Source: Candidatus Multivoradales bacterium (lineage in GTDB: Bacteria > Acidobacteriota > Thermoanaerobaculia > Multivoradales > Multivoraceae). Taken from it: 64,000 nt of DNA. The stretch spans positions 1,568,001 to 1,632,000 of the forward strand of contig CBDCWI010000001.1 of assembly GCA_965223325.1 (NCBI GenBank), written 5' to 3'. Position 1 is the stretch's first letter, and each line of letters opens with the position of its first letter. The notes under the pieces were generated by a model that did no database searches, was not told where the DNA came from, and worked only from the letters and a program-made list of their open reading frames with translations. A program made the translations under genes and the position numbers. Below, one piece after another: positions 47,822 through 59,346 of the stretch.

Positions 47822-49525
47822 TCACTCATCCCTACGTTGCGCTTGACGATTCTGTTTCAGGTTCGCCCCGGTGGCATCTCGAGGGTCTTCTTCCGTGGAG
47901 TCATCGAGCCCGGGGGAACGGCGAGCGACCATTGACGCGGTGATCAGGAGCCCCAGGCAGAGGCCAACCGCCAGCAGACTCGCGATCCGAATCCATCCAA
48001 CCAGATCGGCGGGTTGAAGTATTCCCTCCAGGGCGAGGGCGAAGTCGAAGCCGGTTCCGGCGTCGCTTCGCATCGCTTTGAGCGCCTGGAGAGCCGCGGT
48101 AACGAGAGTGGCGAACACCGTTGCCGCCACTCCGATCGCACCGCCACGCAAGAGCAACTGTTCCCGGGTGAGAGGCACAAGCGGCTCTGGCTCTCGCACC
48201 TCGAAGTGTGGTTCGCGCGTCCCCCAGGGCACGAAGCGGTGCAGCATGACGAGGCCTGGGATTCCGAGCACCATCGAAGCGATGAAGAACCAGGACCAGC
48301 CCGCCGCGTCGACGGTAAAGCCCGCGATCGGGCCCGAGAAGATGCGCCCCATACCGAAGAGCGTCGAAAACAGCGCGTACTGCGTCGCCGAGAAGCGTTT
48401 CTGGGTCATGCGCAGCAAGAGCACCGAGAAGGCTCCTGTCCCCATCCCCTGGCACAGAGTCTCGAAGCCCATTGCAATGACCATGGCGACGGTCGAATGC
48501 TCGGTATGCGCCAGGTACAGATACCCGACGTTGGAGAAGATCTGGAGGAGGCCGAACACCCAGAGGGCGCGACCCAGGCCCAGAAAGTTCGTACAAACGC
48601 CACCTAGAATCGCCCCTCCGATCTGGGTGAGCAACCCCACGGAGGAGAGCGCCACGCCACGTTCGGCAGCGGTGTAGCCCATGTCGACCAGGAACGGCCG
48701 CAGAAGCGACTGGGCGAAGTTGTCGGCGAACTTGAACAGTAGAACGAAGGCCAGAATCTCGAGCGCTCGGTCGCGCGACAGGAAGCCCACAAAGGGCTTC
48801 CAGATCGCCTCCGCCAGAGATGTCGGTTCGGGGTAGTCGATCTGTGGTTCGGGTGCGAAGGCGGTGATCATCAGCATCGGCACGTACAAAAGGCCGAGGC
48901 CAATGCAGACCGCTGACCATCCGAAGCGATCGGCAAGCGTAATCGCCGAGCCACCGGCGACGAACATCGCCACCCGGTACAGGCCGATGCGCGCGCCAAC
49001 CGCTACCCCCTGCTCTTCGCGCCGCAGGACATCCACCGCGTAACCGTCGATCGCAATGTCCTGAGAGGCCGCCGCAATACCGATCGCGAGAGCGAACGCA
49101 AAAACGACCAGTGGGGCGTTGGGGTCGTTGGCAACTCCTCCAAGGCCGATGGTGGCGAGCATCAAGCAAACCTGGGCCACCGCCGCCCAGCCACGCCGAC
49201 GGCCGAAGAAGGGCGGCCGCCACCTCTCCATGAGCGGCGCCCAGAGTACGTTGAACGTCCAGGGCACCTGGGCCAGGGTAAAGAGCCCGACGATCCTGAT
49301 ATCGACACCGGAGTCGGCAAGCCAGTCCGGTATCGCGATCCAGACGAAGCCGAGCGGCAAACCAGAGGAGAACGACAACAGAACCACAGCTGCCGTTCGC
49401 CATGACAAGAGGGCGTAGTAGAGGCTGGCGAGCGTTCCGGGACGCTTCTCCGTGGCTGCCTGGGACGGAACCGAGGACTGGTCTGGCGGCCCGGGATGAC
49501 CGTCGCGCTCTGGGTGGTCCGTCAT
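47822..49525 (-). CDS. ampG: AmpG-family muropeptide MFS permease
   Basis: LSFSSGLP, LWAPLME, GRRRGW, ASQDIAIDGY, SATQYALF. Confidence 0.85.
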   Translation of the reverse strand: MTDHPERDGHPGPPDQSSVPSQAATEKRPGTLASLYYALLSWRTAAVVLLSFSSGLPLGFVWIAIPDWLADSGVDIRIVGLFTLAQVPWTFNVLWAPLMERWRPPFFGRRRGWAAVAQVCLMLATIGLGGVANDPNAPLVVFAFALAIGIAAASQDIAIDGYAVDVLRREEQGVAVGARIGLYRVAMFVAGGSAITLADRFGWSAVCIGLGLLYVPMLMITAFAPEPQIDYPEPTSLAEAIWKPFVGFLSRDRALEILAFVLLFKFADNFAQSLLRPFLVDMGYTAAERGVALSSVGLLTQIGGAILGGVCTNFLGLGRALWVFGLLQIFSNVGYLYLAHTEHSTVAMVIAMGFETLCQGMGTGAFSVLLLRMTQKRFSATQYALFSTLFGMGRIFSGPIAGFTVDAAGWSWFFIASMVLGIPGLVMLHRFVPWGTREPHFEVREPEPLVPLTREQLLLRGGAIGVAATVFATLVTAALQALKAMRSDAGTGFDFALALEGILQPADLVGWIRIASLLAVGLCLGLLITASMVARRSPGLDDSTEEDPRDATGANLKQNRQAQRRDE

Positions 49526-49570
49526 CGCCCCGGATGGTACCCCGTGCGCGCGAGGTGAAGGTCGGGGATA

Positions 49571-50920
49571 ATGCCTCCGACCATGGAAATCCCGAGTATT
49601 CAGGACCTCGTCGGCCTGCCCGAAGCGGAGGCACGACGACAACGCTTCCTCGCCGAGAGCAGCCGTAGCTTGCGCTACATGGTGTTGGCGATCAGCATGG
49701 TTGGGCTCTTGTTCATCGTTCTGGGGCTGATGGAGGGGAGCTATACCAGGCTCATCGGTCCGGGCCTGGCGCTCGTTCTGGCGCGCTGGGTGTGGGTGTA
49801 CTGCGAGAGACCGTGGTTCCGCCGCTATTTCATGGTCATTGCGCCGCTCGTCATTCTCGCCGCCCTCGGCCTGGTGGTGGCGATGGTGCCCGATACCGAC
49901 ATGGGGCTTCGCCTCATCGGCCTGCTCGGGGTGATCCTGCTGGCGACGGGCTTTCGCCTGCCGTGGCAGGTTCACGTCCTGATTTTCGGCGTGCTGTGGG
50001 TAGGAACGCTCGGGCCGCCGACCTGGCAGGCCTATCGTGCCGGCGAACCGATCCTCGGCATGCGCGCGCTCATTCAGACCGCCGCCACCATCGCGGGCGC
50101 GTACTTCGCCCTGACCGCTACCGCCCGTGACACGGCGAGCTTCGTGCGCCGCTACCGGATCGAGAGTTCGCGCAACCGCGAGCGCTTGCGCATGCGCGAG
50201 GAGCTCGACTCAGCCCGTCAGATTCAACTGAGCATGTTGCCCCGGCGAGACCCCAAGCTCGAGGGCTTAACGCTCGCAGCGGTCTCGCTTCCCGCAACGG
50301 AAGTCGGGGGCGACTATTACGAGTACTTCCTGCACGATAAGCGGCACTTCACTCTGGTCGTGGGTGACGTCGCCGGACATGGGGTCGCCAGTGGCTTGAT
50401 GTTGTCGGGTCTACGGAGCTGCCTCCACTTGATGCAGAGCGATCTGCCAACGCCCGCCGACTCACTCGAAAAACTGCACTACATGGTCCGCCAGACAACC
50501 GACCCGCGGATGTTCATCACCCTCCTGTTTGCAGCCGTCGACACCGAGGAACGTGTTGCGACGGTCGCCACTGGCGGGCACCCTCCCCTCCTTCACTACG
50601 ACCGCGCCGCCAACGAGGTCCGCGAAATCGGAATTCATGCGCCACCGCTCGGCACCGTCCTGGAGAGCCGCTTCTTCGAACAAGAGGTCCGTTGGAACAG
50701 CGGCGACGTGCTGATCGCCTACACAGACGGCGTCACCGAAACGGCCAATTCCCGGGGCGAGCTCTACGGCGATGAACGCCTGCAGGAGCGCCTCTCGCGA
50801 GTCGGCCAACAGAAGTCGGCCCGCGAGATCCGCGAGGCGCTGCTCTCGGATGTCTGGACCTGGAAGGGCGATGCCGAGCAGCTCGACGACATCACCCTGG
50901 TCGTCTTGCGCGCCGACTGA
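49571..50920 (+). CDS. Membrane-bound PP2C/SpoIIE (RsbU-like) phosphatase
   Basis: N-terminal TM region; ARQIQLSMLP, VGGDYY, VGDVAGHG, YTDGVTE, DDITLV. Confidence 0.9.
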   Translation: MPPTMEIPSIQDLVGLPEAEARRQRFLAESSRSLRYMVLAISMVGLLFIVLGLMEGSYTRLIGPGLALVLARWVWVYCERPWFRRYFMVIAPLVILAALGLVVAMVPDTDMGLRLIGLLGVILLATGFRLPWQVHVLIFGVLWVGTLGPPTWQAYRAGEPILGMRALIQTAATIAGAYFALTATARDTASFVRRYRIESSRNRERLRMREELDSARQIQLSMLPRRDPKLEGLTLAAVSLPATEVGGDYYEYFLHDKRHFTLVVGDVAGHGVASGLMLSGLRSCLHLMQSDLPTPADSLEKLHYMVRQTTDPRMFITLLFAAVDTEERVATVATGGHPPLLHYDRAANEVREIGIHAPPLGTVLESRFFEQEVRWNSGDVLIAYTDGVTETANSRGELYGDERLQERLSRVGQQKSAREIREALLSDVWTWKGDAEQLDDITLVVLRAD

Positions 50921-50953
50921 GGCGGCCCGTCGCTGGAGCCGAGAACCTGCCCC

Positions 50954-51814
50954 GTGACCCACTCCTCCTCGAGAAGGCTACGAAGCGGCTTCGCCACGGC
51001 CGAAGCTTCGGGGCAGGTACTACAGCTGGCGACCCGCCGCGCCCCAGACACCGAAAGCGCCGGGCCCAGAGAGCCGACGCTCCTCTGGGTCCACGGGCTG
51101 GGAGAGTCGGTCCTGGGTTTCGAACCACTTCTCGCTTCGCCAGCGCTCTCCCATCGCCGGCAGGTCGCCATCGACCTGCCGGGCTATGGCAGGAGTCCCT
51201 GGCTGGAGACTCCCCTCGGCCTCGATGAGCACGCCCAGGTGGTCGCACAGGTCATTCAACAGGAAACTGTGCGACACGCGGCGGGGGTGATCGTCATCGG
51301 GCATTCGATGGGCGGCGTCATCGGCACACTGCTCGCCGAGTCGCAATGCCCGGGACTGGTAGGACTGGTCAATCTGGAGGGCAACATCTCGGCTGGTGAC
51401 TGCGTCCAGAGTCGTCGGGCGGTGGAGTGGAGCGCTCCTGACTTCGAGCACCACGGCCACGGCGCTCTGCTCAACGAGTTCTTCGACGCGGCGCGCGAAG
51501 ACCCTTCCCATCGCAGCTACTGGCCGAGTGCGCGCCTGGCTGACCCGCGCGCTTTCTATCGCAACGCTTCTGAACTCGTCGAGCTCTCCGACGGCGAAGG
51601 CCTGGCGGCGCGGTTTGCCGCACTGGCTGTTCCGACCGCATTCATTCACGGCTATCCAGAGGGCCTGGCACCGCGTTCGATCGAGCTCTTGCAGGCCGTT
51701 GGCGTTCGGCCGTTGGTCGTCGAGCCAGCTGGGCACTGGCCCTGGATCGACCGACCTCGAGACTTTCTCGCGGTGCTCGAAAGGGCTCTCGATGCGGTCT
51801 CGGCGGGCGGCTGA
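50954..51814 (+). CDS. Alpha/beta hydrolase
   Basis: WVHGLG, DLPGYGRS, GHSMGG, AGHW. Confidence 0.85.
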   Translation: MTHSSSRRLRSGFATAEASGQVLQLATRRAPDTESAGPREPTLLWVHGLGESVLGFEPLLASPALSHRRQVAIDLPGYGRSPWLETPLGLDEHAQVVAQVIQQETVRHAAGVIVIGHSMGGVIGTLLAESQCPGLVGLVNLEGNISAGDCVQSRRAVEWSAPDFEHHGHGALLNEFFDAAREDPSHRSYWPSARLADPRAFYRNASELVELSDGEGLAARFAALAVPTAFIHGYPEGLAPRSIELLQAVGVRPLVVEPAGHWPWIDRPRDFLAVLERALDAVSAGG

Positions 51815-51909
51815 GCTGCAACGAGTAATTCTGTTATATATTCAAAAACTCTTAGGTGCTCGTCGCCTCGCTCTTCCCGCTCCTCGAATTGACCCGTTGA
51901 GACCGCCTC

Positions 51910-52341
51910 ATGCCCGCGCCCACGACCGACGACACACTCGCCCCGAAGACACTCGAGCCCTCGACCCTGACCGTCCTGGTCGTCGATGACGAAGAGCCCA
52001 TCCTCCAGTTTGCCGAAGCGGCGCTCGAGCTGCGGGGTTTCTCGGTGCTCACGGCATCGTGCGGGCGGGAGGCCATTGAAAGAAGCCGGAGCTTCGACGG
52101 TGAGATTGCGCTCTTTCTGATCGACGTGGTGATGCCCGACTGCAACGGTCCCGAACTCGCCGAGGAACTCCGCCAGACGCGACCCGACGCGCGAGTGATC
52201 TTCACTTCAGGCTACGGGCTCGGGGCAGAGAAGGCTCTCGAGCAGCGCGCCAAGAACGCGATCTATCTGCGCAAGCCGTTCGGCATCAACCAACTGGACC
52301 AGCACATCCAAAAGGCGATGGCACCCGAGCCAGAGGCCTAG
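51910..52341 (+). CDS. Single-domain response regulator
   Basis: VLVVDDE, DVVMPDCNGPEL, FTSGY, KPF. Confidence 0.88.
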   Translation: MPAPTTDDTLAPKTLEPSTLTVLVVDDEEPILQFAEAALELRGFSVLTASCGREAIERSRSFDGEIALFLIDVVMPDCNGPELAEELRQTRPDARVIFTSGYGLGAEKALEQRAKNAIYLRKPFGINQLDQHIQKAMAPEPEA

Positions 52342-52350
52342 GAACCAGGC

Positions 52351-53385
52351 CTAGCGCGCGACCTGTCCTGGTTCGAGAGCCTTCTGGGGAGTCTTGGGTT
52401 CGTCTGGATAGAGGCCGGCAAGGTACGCGCCGTAACCGTTGAAAAGCGGTGTCTTGAAGGGTTCCTGGGTCTCGAGCCAGAAGGACTCAGCCTGGCTCCA
52501 GCGAGGGTGGGGAATGTTGGGATTGATGTTCGACAGGAAGCCGTACTCGTGGGCCTGCATCTGCCAGAAGAACGGTGGCTGCTCGGCCGTCAGCTCGATC
52601 TTCACGATCGACTTCGGGTTCTTGTAGCCGTACTTCCAGGGCACCACGATCCTCACCGGCGCACCATGTTGGCGCGGCAGCGGTTCACCGTAGATGCCGG
52701 TAGCCACCAGAGCGAGCTCGTTCATTGCCTCGTCGAGCCGGAGAGCCTCGTGGTACGGCCAGGGGTAGTAGTCGGCCTGCTTCAAGCCGGGCATCTGCTT
52801 GGGGCGTTCGGCAGACACGAAGCGCACGAACTTCGCCTCGGCTTTGGGTTCGGCCCTGGCAATGAGGCTGGCCAACGGGAAACCGCTCCAGGGTACGTTC
52901 ATCGCCCAGCGCTCAACACAGCGAAAGTGGTAGAGGCGCTCTTCGTGCGGAAAGCTGAAGATGTCGTCGAGGTCGAGCGTCAACGGTTTGTTGACGAGGC
53001 CGGTGACTTCGAGCTTCCAGGGTTCGACCTCGTACTTGTCGGTGAACTGCCACACCGGCCCGCCGCGGCCGGGAAGGAACTCGTAGAAGTTGTTGTGCTG
53101 CGCGGCGACCAGGCGATCGGTCACCTGGCTGGGCACTCCCTCGGGGAGGGTGTACTTTTCGTTTCGTTGGGCCGGAAAGACCTTTTCCCGCGCAAAGGGG
53201 ATGGAGAGAATCTTATTGGCTTGTGCCTCGCTGATCGCCGGCGGCTGTTGCCGTGGAAGCGCGATCGACGCGCCCGCCGCTGCGGTCCCGACAGCCATGC
53301 CGGCGAGAACCTGACGACGGTTGTAGAAGACCTCGGGGGCGGTGGGCTCGAGGTGGGGCAACCCGATGGGGGAGAAGCTCTTCAT
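52351..53385 (-). CDS. msrP: Protein-methionine-sulfoxide reductase catalytic subunit
   Basis: Tat RR signal; NNFYEF, ERLYHFRCVE.W, WPY.E.LRLDEAM, HGAPVR.VVPWKYGYK, HPRWSQA. Confidence 0.9.
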   Translation of the reverse strand: MKSFSPIGLPHLEPTAPEVFYNRRQVLAGMAVGTAAAGASIALPRQQPPAISEAQANKILSIPFAREKVFPAQRNEKYTLPEGVPSQVTDRLVAAQHNNFYEFLPGRGGPVWQFTDKYEVEPWKLEVTGLVNKPLTLDLDDIFSFPHEERLYHFRCVERWAMNVPWSGFPLASLIARAEPKAEAKFVRFVSAERPKQMPGLKQADYYPWPYHEALRLDEAMNELALVATGIYGEPLPRQHGAPVRIVVPWKYGYKNPKSIVKIELTAEQPPFFWQMQAHEYGFLSNINPNIPHPRWSQAESFWLETQEPFKTPLFNGYGAYLAGLYPDEPKTPQKALEPGQVAR

Positions 53386-53426
53386 GTCGCGGATTCCTCT
53401 CGTAGCGGAAACGTTCACTCAGCGGA

Positions 53427-54280
53427 TCAGCTCGCCGCTTGCAGTGCCTTTGCATGGTATTCGAGATGCTCGTCGATGAACGTCGACACGTAGTAGTAGC
53501 CATGGTCGTAGCCCGGCCGTATGCGCAGGTCGAGGTCGTGACCGTGCTCCCGGCAGACCTGCTCGAGGGTGTCGATACCGAGCTGTTCCTCGAGGAAAGA
53601 GTCGGCACCACCCTGGTCGACAAGGAGGGTTTGAGGCTCGGCAGCTGTTCGGAGCAACTCGCAGGCATCCCAGGCCGCCCAGGTCGAGCGGTCTTCGCCC
53701 AGGTAGCCGGAGAAGGCTTTTTGGCCCCAGGGGCATTCGCTGGGAGCTGAGATCGGCGCAAAGGCGGACACTGCGCGGTAGCGGCCCGGATTGCGCAGTG
53801 CTACCACCAGTGCCCCGTGTCCGCCCATCGAGTGACCGCTGACCGAGGTCCGTCGGTGATCGAGGGCGAGGTCTGAGGTGGCGAGCACACTGGGCAGTTC
53901 TTGGGTCACGTAGTCGAACATGCGGTAGTGGCGGTCGAAGGGCGACTCGGTCGCGTTGACGTAGAACCCCGCGCCGGTGCCGAAATCCCAATCCAGGTCT
54001 TCTCCCGGGGTTTCGGTTCCACGGGGCGAGGTGTCAGGCGCGACGAGAGCAAGACCCAGGCGAGCCGCCATTCGCTGCGCGCCTGCCTTCACCATGAAGT
54101 TCTCATCGGTACAGGTGAGTCCCGAGAGCCAAAGAAGCATCGGCACCGCATGCTCTTCGGCGGCCGGTGGCAAGTAGACCCCGAACGTCATGTCGCAACC
54201 GACGGTCTCGGCAGTGTGCTTGAAGCGCAGGTAGCGCCCGTCGAACGAACGGCTCTCGTTGATCGTCTCGAGTGCTGGCA

Positions 54281-54281
<1 letters not shown>
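53427..54281 (-). CDS. fghA: S-formylglutathione hydrolase
   Basis: WLSGLTC, PDTSPRG, GAGFYVNAT, GHSMGGHGAL, GYDHGYY. Confidence 0.93.
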
Positions 54282-55399
<1,118 letters not shown>

Positions 55400-55565
55400 T
55401 CATCGGTCGACTCCCGGCCAGATCCTCGTTGAACAGACATGAGGACCAGCAGGAAGTTGCTGTTCTTGCTCCTAGGGGTTCCGCTGCAGTGTCCCACAAA
55501 CACTGGCATGAGCGACCGTTCGCAGGCCCTTGCCCCTCACCGCGGGCGATAGCGAACTCGCAATA

Positions 55566-55578
55566 TGCTAAAATAGCA
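55566..55578. promoter_or_regulatory. Possible operator palindrome (T-N11-A, LysR-like) upstream of frmA
   Basis: TGCTA-aaa-TAGCA in an AT-rich patch. Confidence 0.3.
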
Positions 55579-55610
55579 ATTCAATCTGGCGCCCTCAGCG
55601 CCCGGAGGTT

Positions 55611-55673
55611 TCCCAGAATCACCCCAGTCAATTGCCCGGGCATTGCCCGGGAGTTGCCCGGGAGCTGCCCGGG
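55611..55673. repeat. 30-bp head plus four GCCCGGG cores at an 11-bp period (copy 2)
   Basis: Cores at 55634, 55645, 55656 and 55667; head tcccagaatcaccccagtcaattgcccggg. Confidence 0.9.
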
Positions 55674-55777
55674 AGTGGGCCGCCTTGCTTTCCCTTCCCC
55701 CCTGCCCCTACATTCTCCTCCCTCGTTCCTCGTTTTCTCGCTGACGGCCGCTGGTCGTTTGGCACAGGAGACTCTGC

Positions 55778-57766
55778 TTGAAAGTGTGTCCTCAGAACTC
55801 CGTCCGCCGGGCGCACCGGGCGTTCCCCCGCCGCCGGCTCCTCGTCTGCCTTCTCGTCGTGAGCGGCACCCTCGTGGCGTCCTACACCGGTGCACAGTGC
55901 ACCAACTGCACGCCGGCCACCCCGGTTCCACCGGATCGCTGGGGTGAGCTCGAGCCGCGCGATATCACCATCGATACGACGTTCTTCAACTTCCAGAGTG
56001 AACCGGGCTGCGCCGAACCGATGCCGCATGACGTCGAGGTCGAAGGCGGCAGGATGTTCGTTGCCGCCGGCAATAGCGTCCTGGCCTACAAGCTCAATCC
56101 AACCCCCGGAACTCCGCGGCCCATCGGCGATGGCCTCTGTCGTCCGGTCCTCGGTACGTGGAAGCACACCGATCAGGACTTCTACATCAACGAGGTAGAG
56201 GCTGCTCCAGGTCGCGGTGACTGGGTCGTTGCAGGGATCGACGGCGGCATGGGGGTGATCATGGCCAAGGTCACCAACAGCAGCATGACCTTGATGTACC
56301 AGGACGAGGGCCGCATCGGCGTTGGCAGCGGCGAGGTACTGAGCGTCGTCGACCTGCACGCCACCAGCGTCGGCGGCCGTGACATCGCCTATGCATCGGC
56401 GTCATCGAGCCAACGCATTCTGGCCTACGACATCACTGCGGCCCGGTCTCTCGAGCGCACCTGCCACGAGGGGTCGCAAAACAACAACATCCGCTGCGCC
56501 GGCGTCTACCGCGGCGTCGTCAGATCTTCTGGCAACAACGTACTGAGCCGGCGCAAGATCGCCGGCACGGGGCGTTTCCTGCTGACGGTCAATTCGGGCA
56601 TCGTCACTGTATACGAGTTCCGCACCAACAATCCGACGAACGCAACGCTCCTCGGCAACGGTGGAAGCGCACCGCTCGACTTCGACATGTGGGAGCACGG
56701 CGGCCGTGTCTTCTACGCTCTCGCCCACGGTCAAGAAGTCTCTATCTGGGAGGTCCCCTGCCCCGGCGGAACCTGCGGTGCTCCGGTTCTCCTCAGCACC
56801 ATCGACACGCCGGGCGGCCTGAACGCCGTCAACTCGCGCACGCCGACCAACAAGGTCCGTGCGTCGATCGGCAACGGCTCACCGTTCTTGTTCGCGGGTT
56901 CGAACCAGCGCCTCGGCAGAGGACCCCAGCGGGAGTACCTCTTCGACATGAGTGATGTCGAAGAACCCCGCGAGATCACGCCCCAGACCAGTGAAGACGG
57001 CTACTGGGGGTGGTACTACCAGGACAACGCGACCGGCTTTCACAACGTCGCTCCGCGTGCCGGCGTCGTGTGGAGCAACCACTTCTATCGTGCCGCCTGG
57101 TCGATTCTCGATGTTCACGAGATTCTCGGCCCGGTGCCGCCCGAGACCCGGATTGGACTGCCCTCCGGCCTGGTCTACGGCGGCGACACCGTCGAACTGC
57201 AAGACCTCTCGAGCGGGTCGCCGACCTCGTGGGCCTGGGACTTCAAGGACAACGGCACCGTCGACAGCACCGAGCAGCATCCAACGTGGACGGTTCCCGA
57301 AAGCAGCACCTACCCTCGTGGCTGGCCGATTCGTCTGACCGCCTGCAACCAGTACGGCTGCGCCGATTCGCTCGTCAATCTGGTCGCTCACGATCCGGCG
57401 GTACCCGAGATCTCCATCGATGAGTTTCGCGCCATCGCGTTTTGCAGCGTTGGTCGATGCTTTGTCGACCAGGGCGCAGAAATCGAGTTCCGCCAGCAGT
57501 TCACCGGCAGCCCAACGCGTTACGACTACGACTGGGACGGCGACGGTCACTTCGAAGACGCCGGGAACCCGGTCCCCAAGACGCATCACACCTACTACAC
57601 AGCCGGCAGCTTCACCCCGCGCATGCGTGCCCGGCGGAGTACCGTCGAGGTCGAGCGTGGGCACGCCGGGACGATGGAAGTCGCATCCGTACAGGGCGCA
57701 CCAATCTTTGCCGACGGCTTCGAATCGAGCGGCTTGAGCGAGTGGACAACCTCGCAACCAGAGTAG
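55778..57766 (+). CDS. Secreted PKD-domain protein with C-terminal IFADGFES motif
   Basis: Signal-like N-terminus; DLSSGSPTSWAWDF, YDYDWDGDG..HTYYTAGSFTP (PKD); PIFADGFESSGLSEW. Confidence 0.75.
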   Translation: MKVCPQNSVRRAHRAFPRRRLLVCLLVVSGTLVASYTGAQCTNCTPATPVPPDRWGELEPRDITIDTTFFNFQSEPGCAEPMPHDVEVEGGRMFVAAGNSVLAYKLNPTPGTPRPIGDGLCRPVLGTWKHTDQDFYINEVEAAPGRGDWVVAGIDGGMGVIMAKVTNSSMTLMYQDEGRIGVGSGEVLSVVDLHATSVGGRDIAYASASSSQRILAYDITAARSLERTCHEGSQNNNIRCAGVYRGVVRSSGNNVLSRRKIAGTGRFLLTVNSGIVTVYEFRTNNPTNATLLGNGGSAPLDFDMWEHGGRVFYALAHGQEVSIWEVPCPGGTCGAPVLLSTIDTPGGLNAVNSRTPTNKVRASIGNGSPFLFAGSNQRLGRGPQREYLFDMSDVEEPREITPQTSEDGYWGWYYQDNATGFHNVAPRAGVVWSNHFYRAAWSILDVHEILGPVPPETRIGLPSGLVYGGDTVELQDLSSGSPTSWAWDFKDNGTVDSTEQHPTWTVPESSTYPRGWPIRLTACNQYGCADSLVNLVAHDPAVPEISIDEFRAIAFCSVGRCFVDQGAEIEFRQQFTGSPTRYDYDWDGDGHFEDAGNPVPKTHHTYYTAGSFTPRMRARRSTVEVERGHAGTMEVASVQGAPIFADGFESSGLSEWTTSQPE

Positions 57767-57782
57767 GCCGCCAGCCGGAGAC

Positions 57783-59321
57783 TCAGAGCAGAGGTGCGAA
57801 GAGCCCGGCGGTGTTCTCGATCAGGCGCGCCCAGAGCGGTCGCTGGATAAACGAATCACCATCGACGCGCGTGCTGTTCTCGAGATAGGAAAGCTGAACG
57901 TCGCGCAGTCTAGCGGTGAAGTCCGGGTCTGCGACCACCATCGAAACCTCGTAGTTCAGTTCATAGCTGCGGCGATCGAGGTTGGCCGTCGCGACCACAG
58001 AAATGAGACCGTCAAAGCAGAAGGTCTTGGCGTGCAGTAACCCATCGGTGTACTCGAAGATCTCGACACCGGCCTCGAGCAGGTCCTCGTAGTACGAACG
58101 ACTGGCCGCAGAAACCAGGCGCGAGTCGTTGACTCGCGGCACGACGAGCAGGGTGCGCACGCCACCGCGCGCCACCGCCGCGAGCGCGGTGGCCGTAGCA
58201 TCGTCGGGAACGAAGTAGGGCGTCGTGAGAATCAGCTCGTGGTCGGTTTCGAGAAAGCCCATGAGGGTGACCTCCTTCATCGCCTTGCTCTCGACACTCG
58301 GACCGGAAGGCAGAATCTGAACCACGACTCCGTCCTCGCTTGGTGCGGGCCGCTCCGTCATCAGATCTTCGGGAGTTCCGCCGCATTCGAACATCCAGTC
58401 TTCGACGAAAATGCGCTGCAGGTCATGGACCGCCGGTCCGTCGACACGCACCATGATGTCGATCCACGGCGCAAAGCGCGCTTTGACCGCAAACGACGGG
58501 TCGGCGAGGTTCTGGCTCCCCGTCCACGCGACCTTGCCGTCGAGAACCGCGATCTTGCGGTGGTTGCGGAAGTCGAAGCGGCTGAAAAGAGCCGCCAGCG
58601 GGTTGACCGGCAGGGCGGCACTCACCTCGACACCCGCTTCGACCATCCGGCGACGAAGCGAAGAGCGCAGGAAGGGTCGCGAACCGATCCAGTCGACGAG
58701 AACCCGGCAAGCCACACCGCGGGCCGCCGCCCGCATCAACGCCTCGCCCACCAACGTTCCTGTCGTATCGTCGAGATAGATGTAGAACAACAGGTGACAG
58801 CTGGCCGAGGCGTCGTCGATGTCGTCGATGAGTCGGCGCAAGGCGGCGGTGATGTCAGCCTCTCGGGCTCCATCGGCGTAGAGCTCGAGACGGTTGCCGC
58901 CGCACGGTCGCATACCTCCCAGCGCCTCGATCAGCCGCGCGCCTTTTCGCAGCTCGGCAGCCTCGATTTCGACCCGGTCACCCAGCGGGCGAGGTGCCTG
59001 CTCAGCGTATTGATCGACCTGTTCGACCAGGCCGCGGTGGGCGCGCGACCGTCGACGATCGCGCACTCGCCCGAACCGTAGGTACAGAATCCCGCCCACG
59101 AAGGGGAGCAACACGATCAACAGCAACCAGGCAATGCGCGTCGGTCCGGTCATCGAGCGCCGCGAGAGAAGGTAGCCGGCGACTCCCGCGATGAACAACG
59201 CGTGGCCAACAACGGCCAGGACACCGCCGGCGGCAGCCCAGAAGGTCCCAGAGCTCGCGGTCAGGAGGCCGAACGGCGCTGGCAACGCGATGGAGAGGAG
59301 GAGCAACACCGAAGTGGTCAC
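57783..59321 (-). CDS. cls: Cardiolipin synthase
   Basis: AWLLLIVLLPFVG, RNHRKIAVLDG and LHAKTFCFDG (two HKD motifs). Confidence 0.92.
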   Translation of the reverse strand: MTTSVLLLLSIALPAPFGLLTASSGTFWAAAGGVLAVVGHALFIAGVAGYLLSRRSMTGPTRIAWLLLIVLLPFVGGILYLRFGRVRDRRRSRAHRGLVEQVDQYAEQAPRPLGDRVEIEAAELRKGARLIEALGGMRPCGGNRLELYADGAREADITAALRRLIDDIDDASASCHLLFYIYLDDTTGTLVGEALMRAAARGVACRVLVDWIGSRPFLRSSLRRRMVEAGVEVSAALPVNPLAALFSRFDFRNHRKIAVLDGKVAWTGSQNLADPSFAVKARFAPWIDIMVRVDGPAVHDLQRIFVEDWMFECGGTPEDLMTERPAPSEDGVVVQILPSGPSVESKAMKEVTLMGFLETDHELILTTPYFVPDDATATALAAVARGGVRTLLVVPRVNDSRLVSAASRSYYEDLLEAGVEIFEYTDGLLHAKTFCFDGLISVVATANLDRRSYELNYEVSMVVADPDFTARLRDVQLSYLENSTRVDGDSFIQRPLWARLIENTAGLFAPLL

Positions 59322-59346
59322 TAGTTTGCTGTCGCCCTACTTCGAC

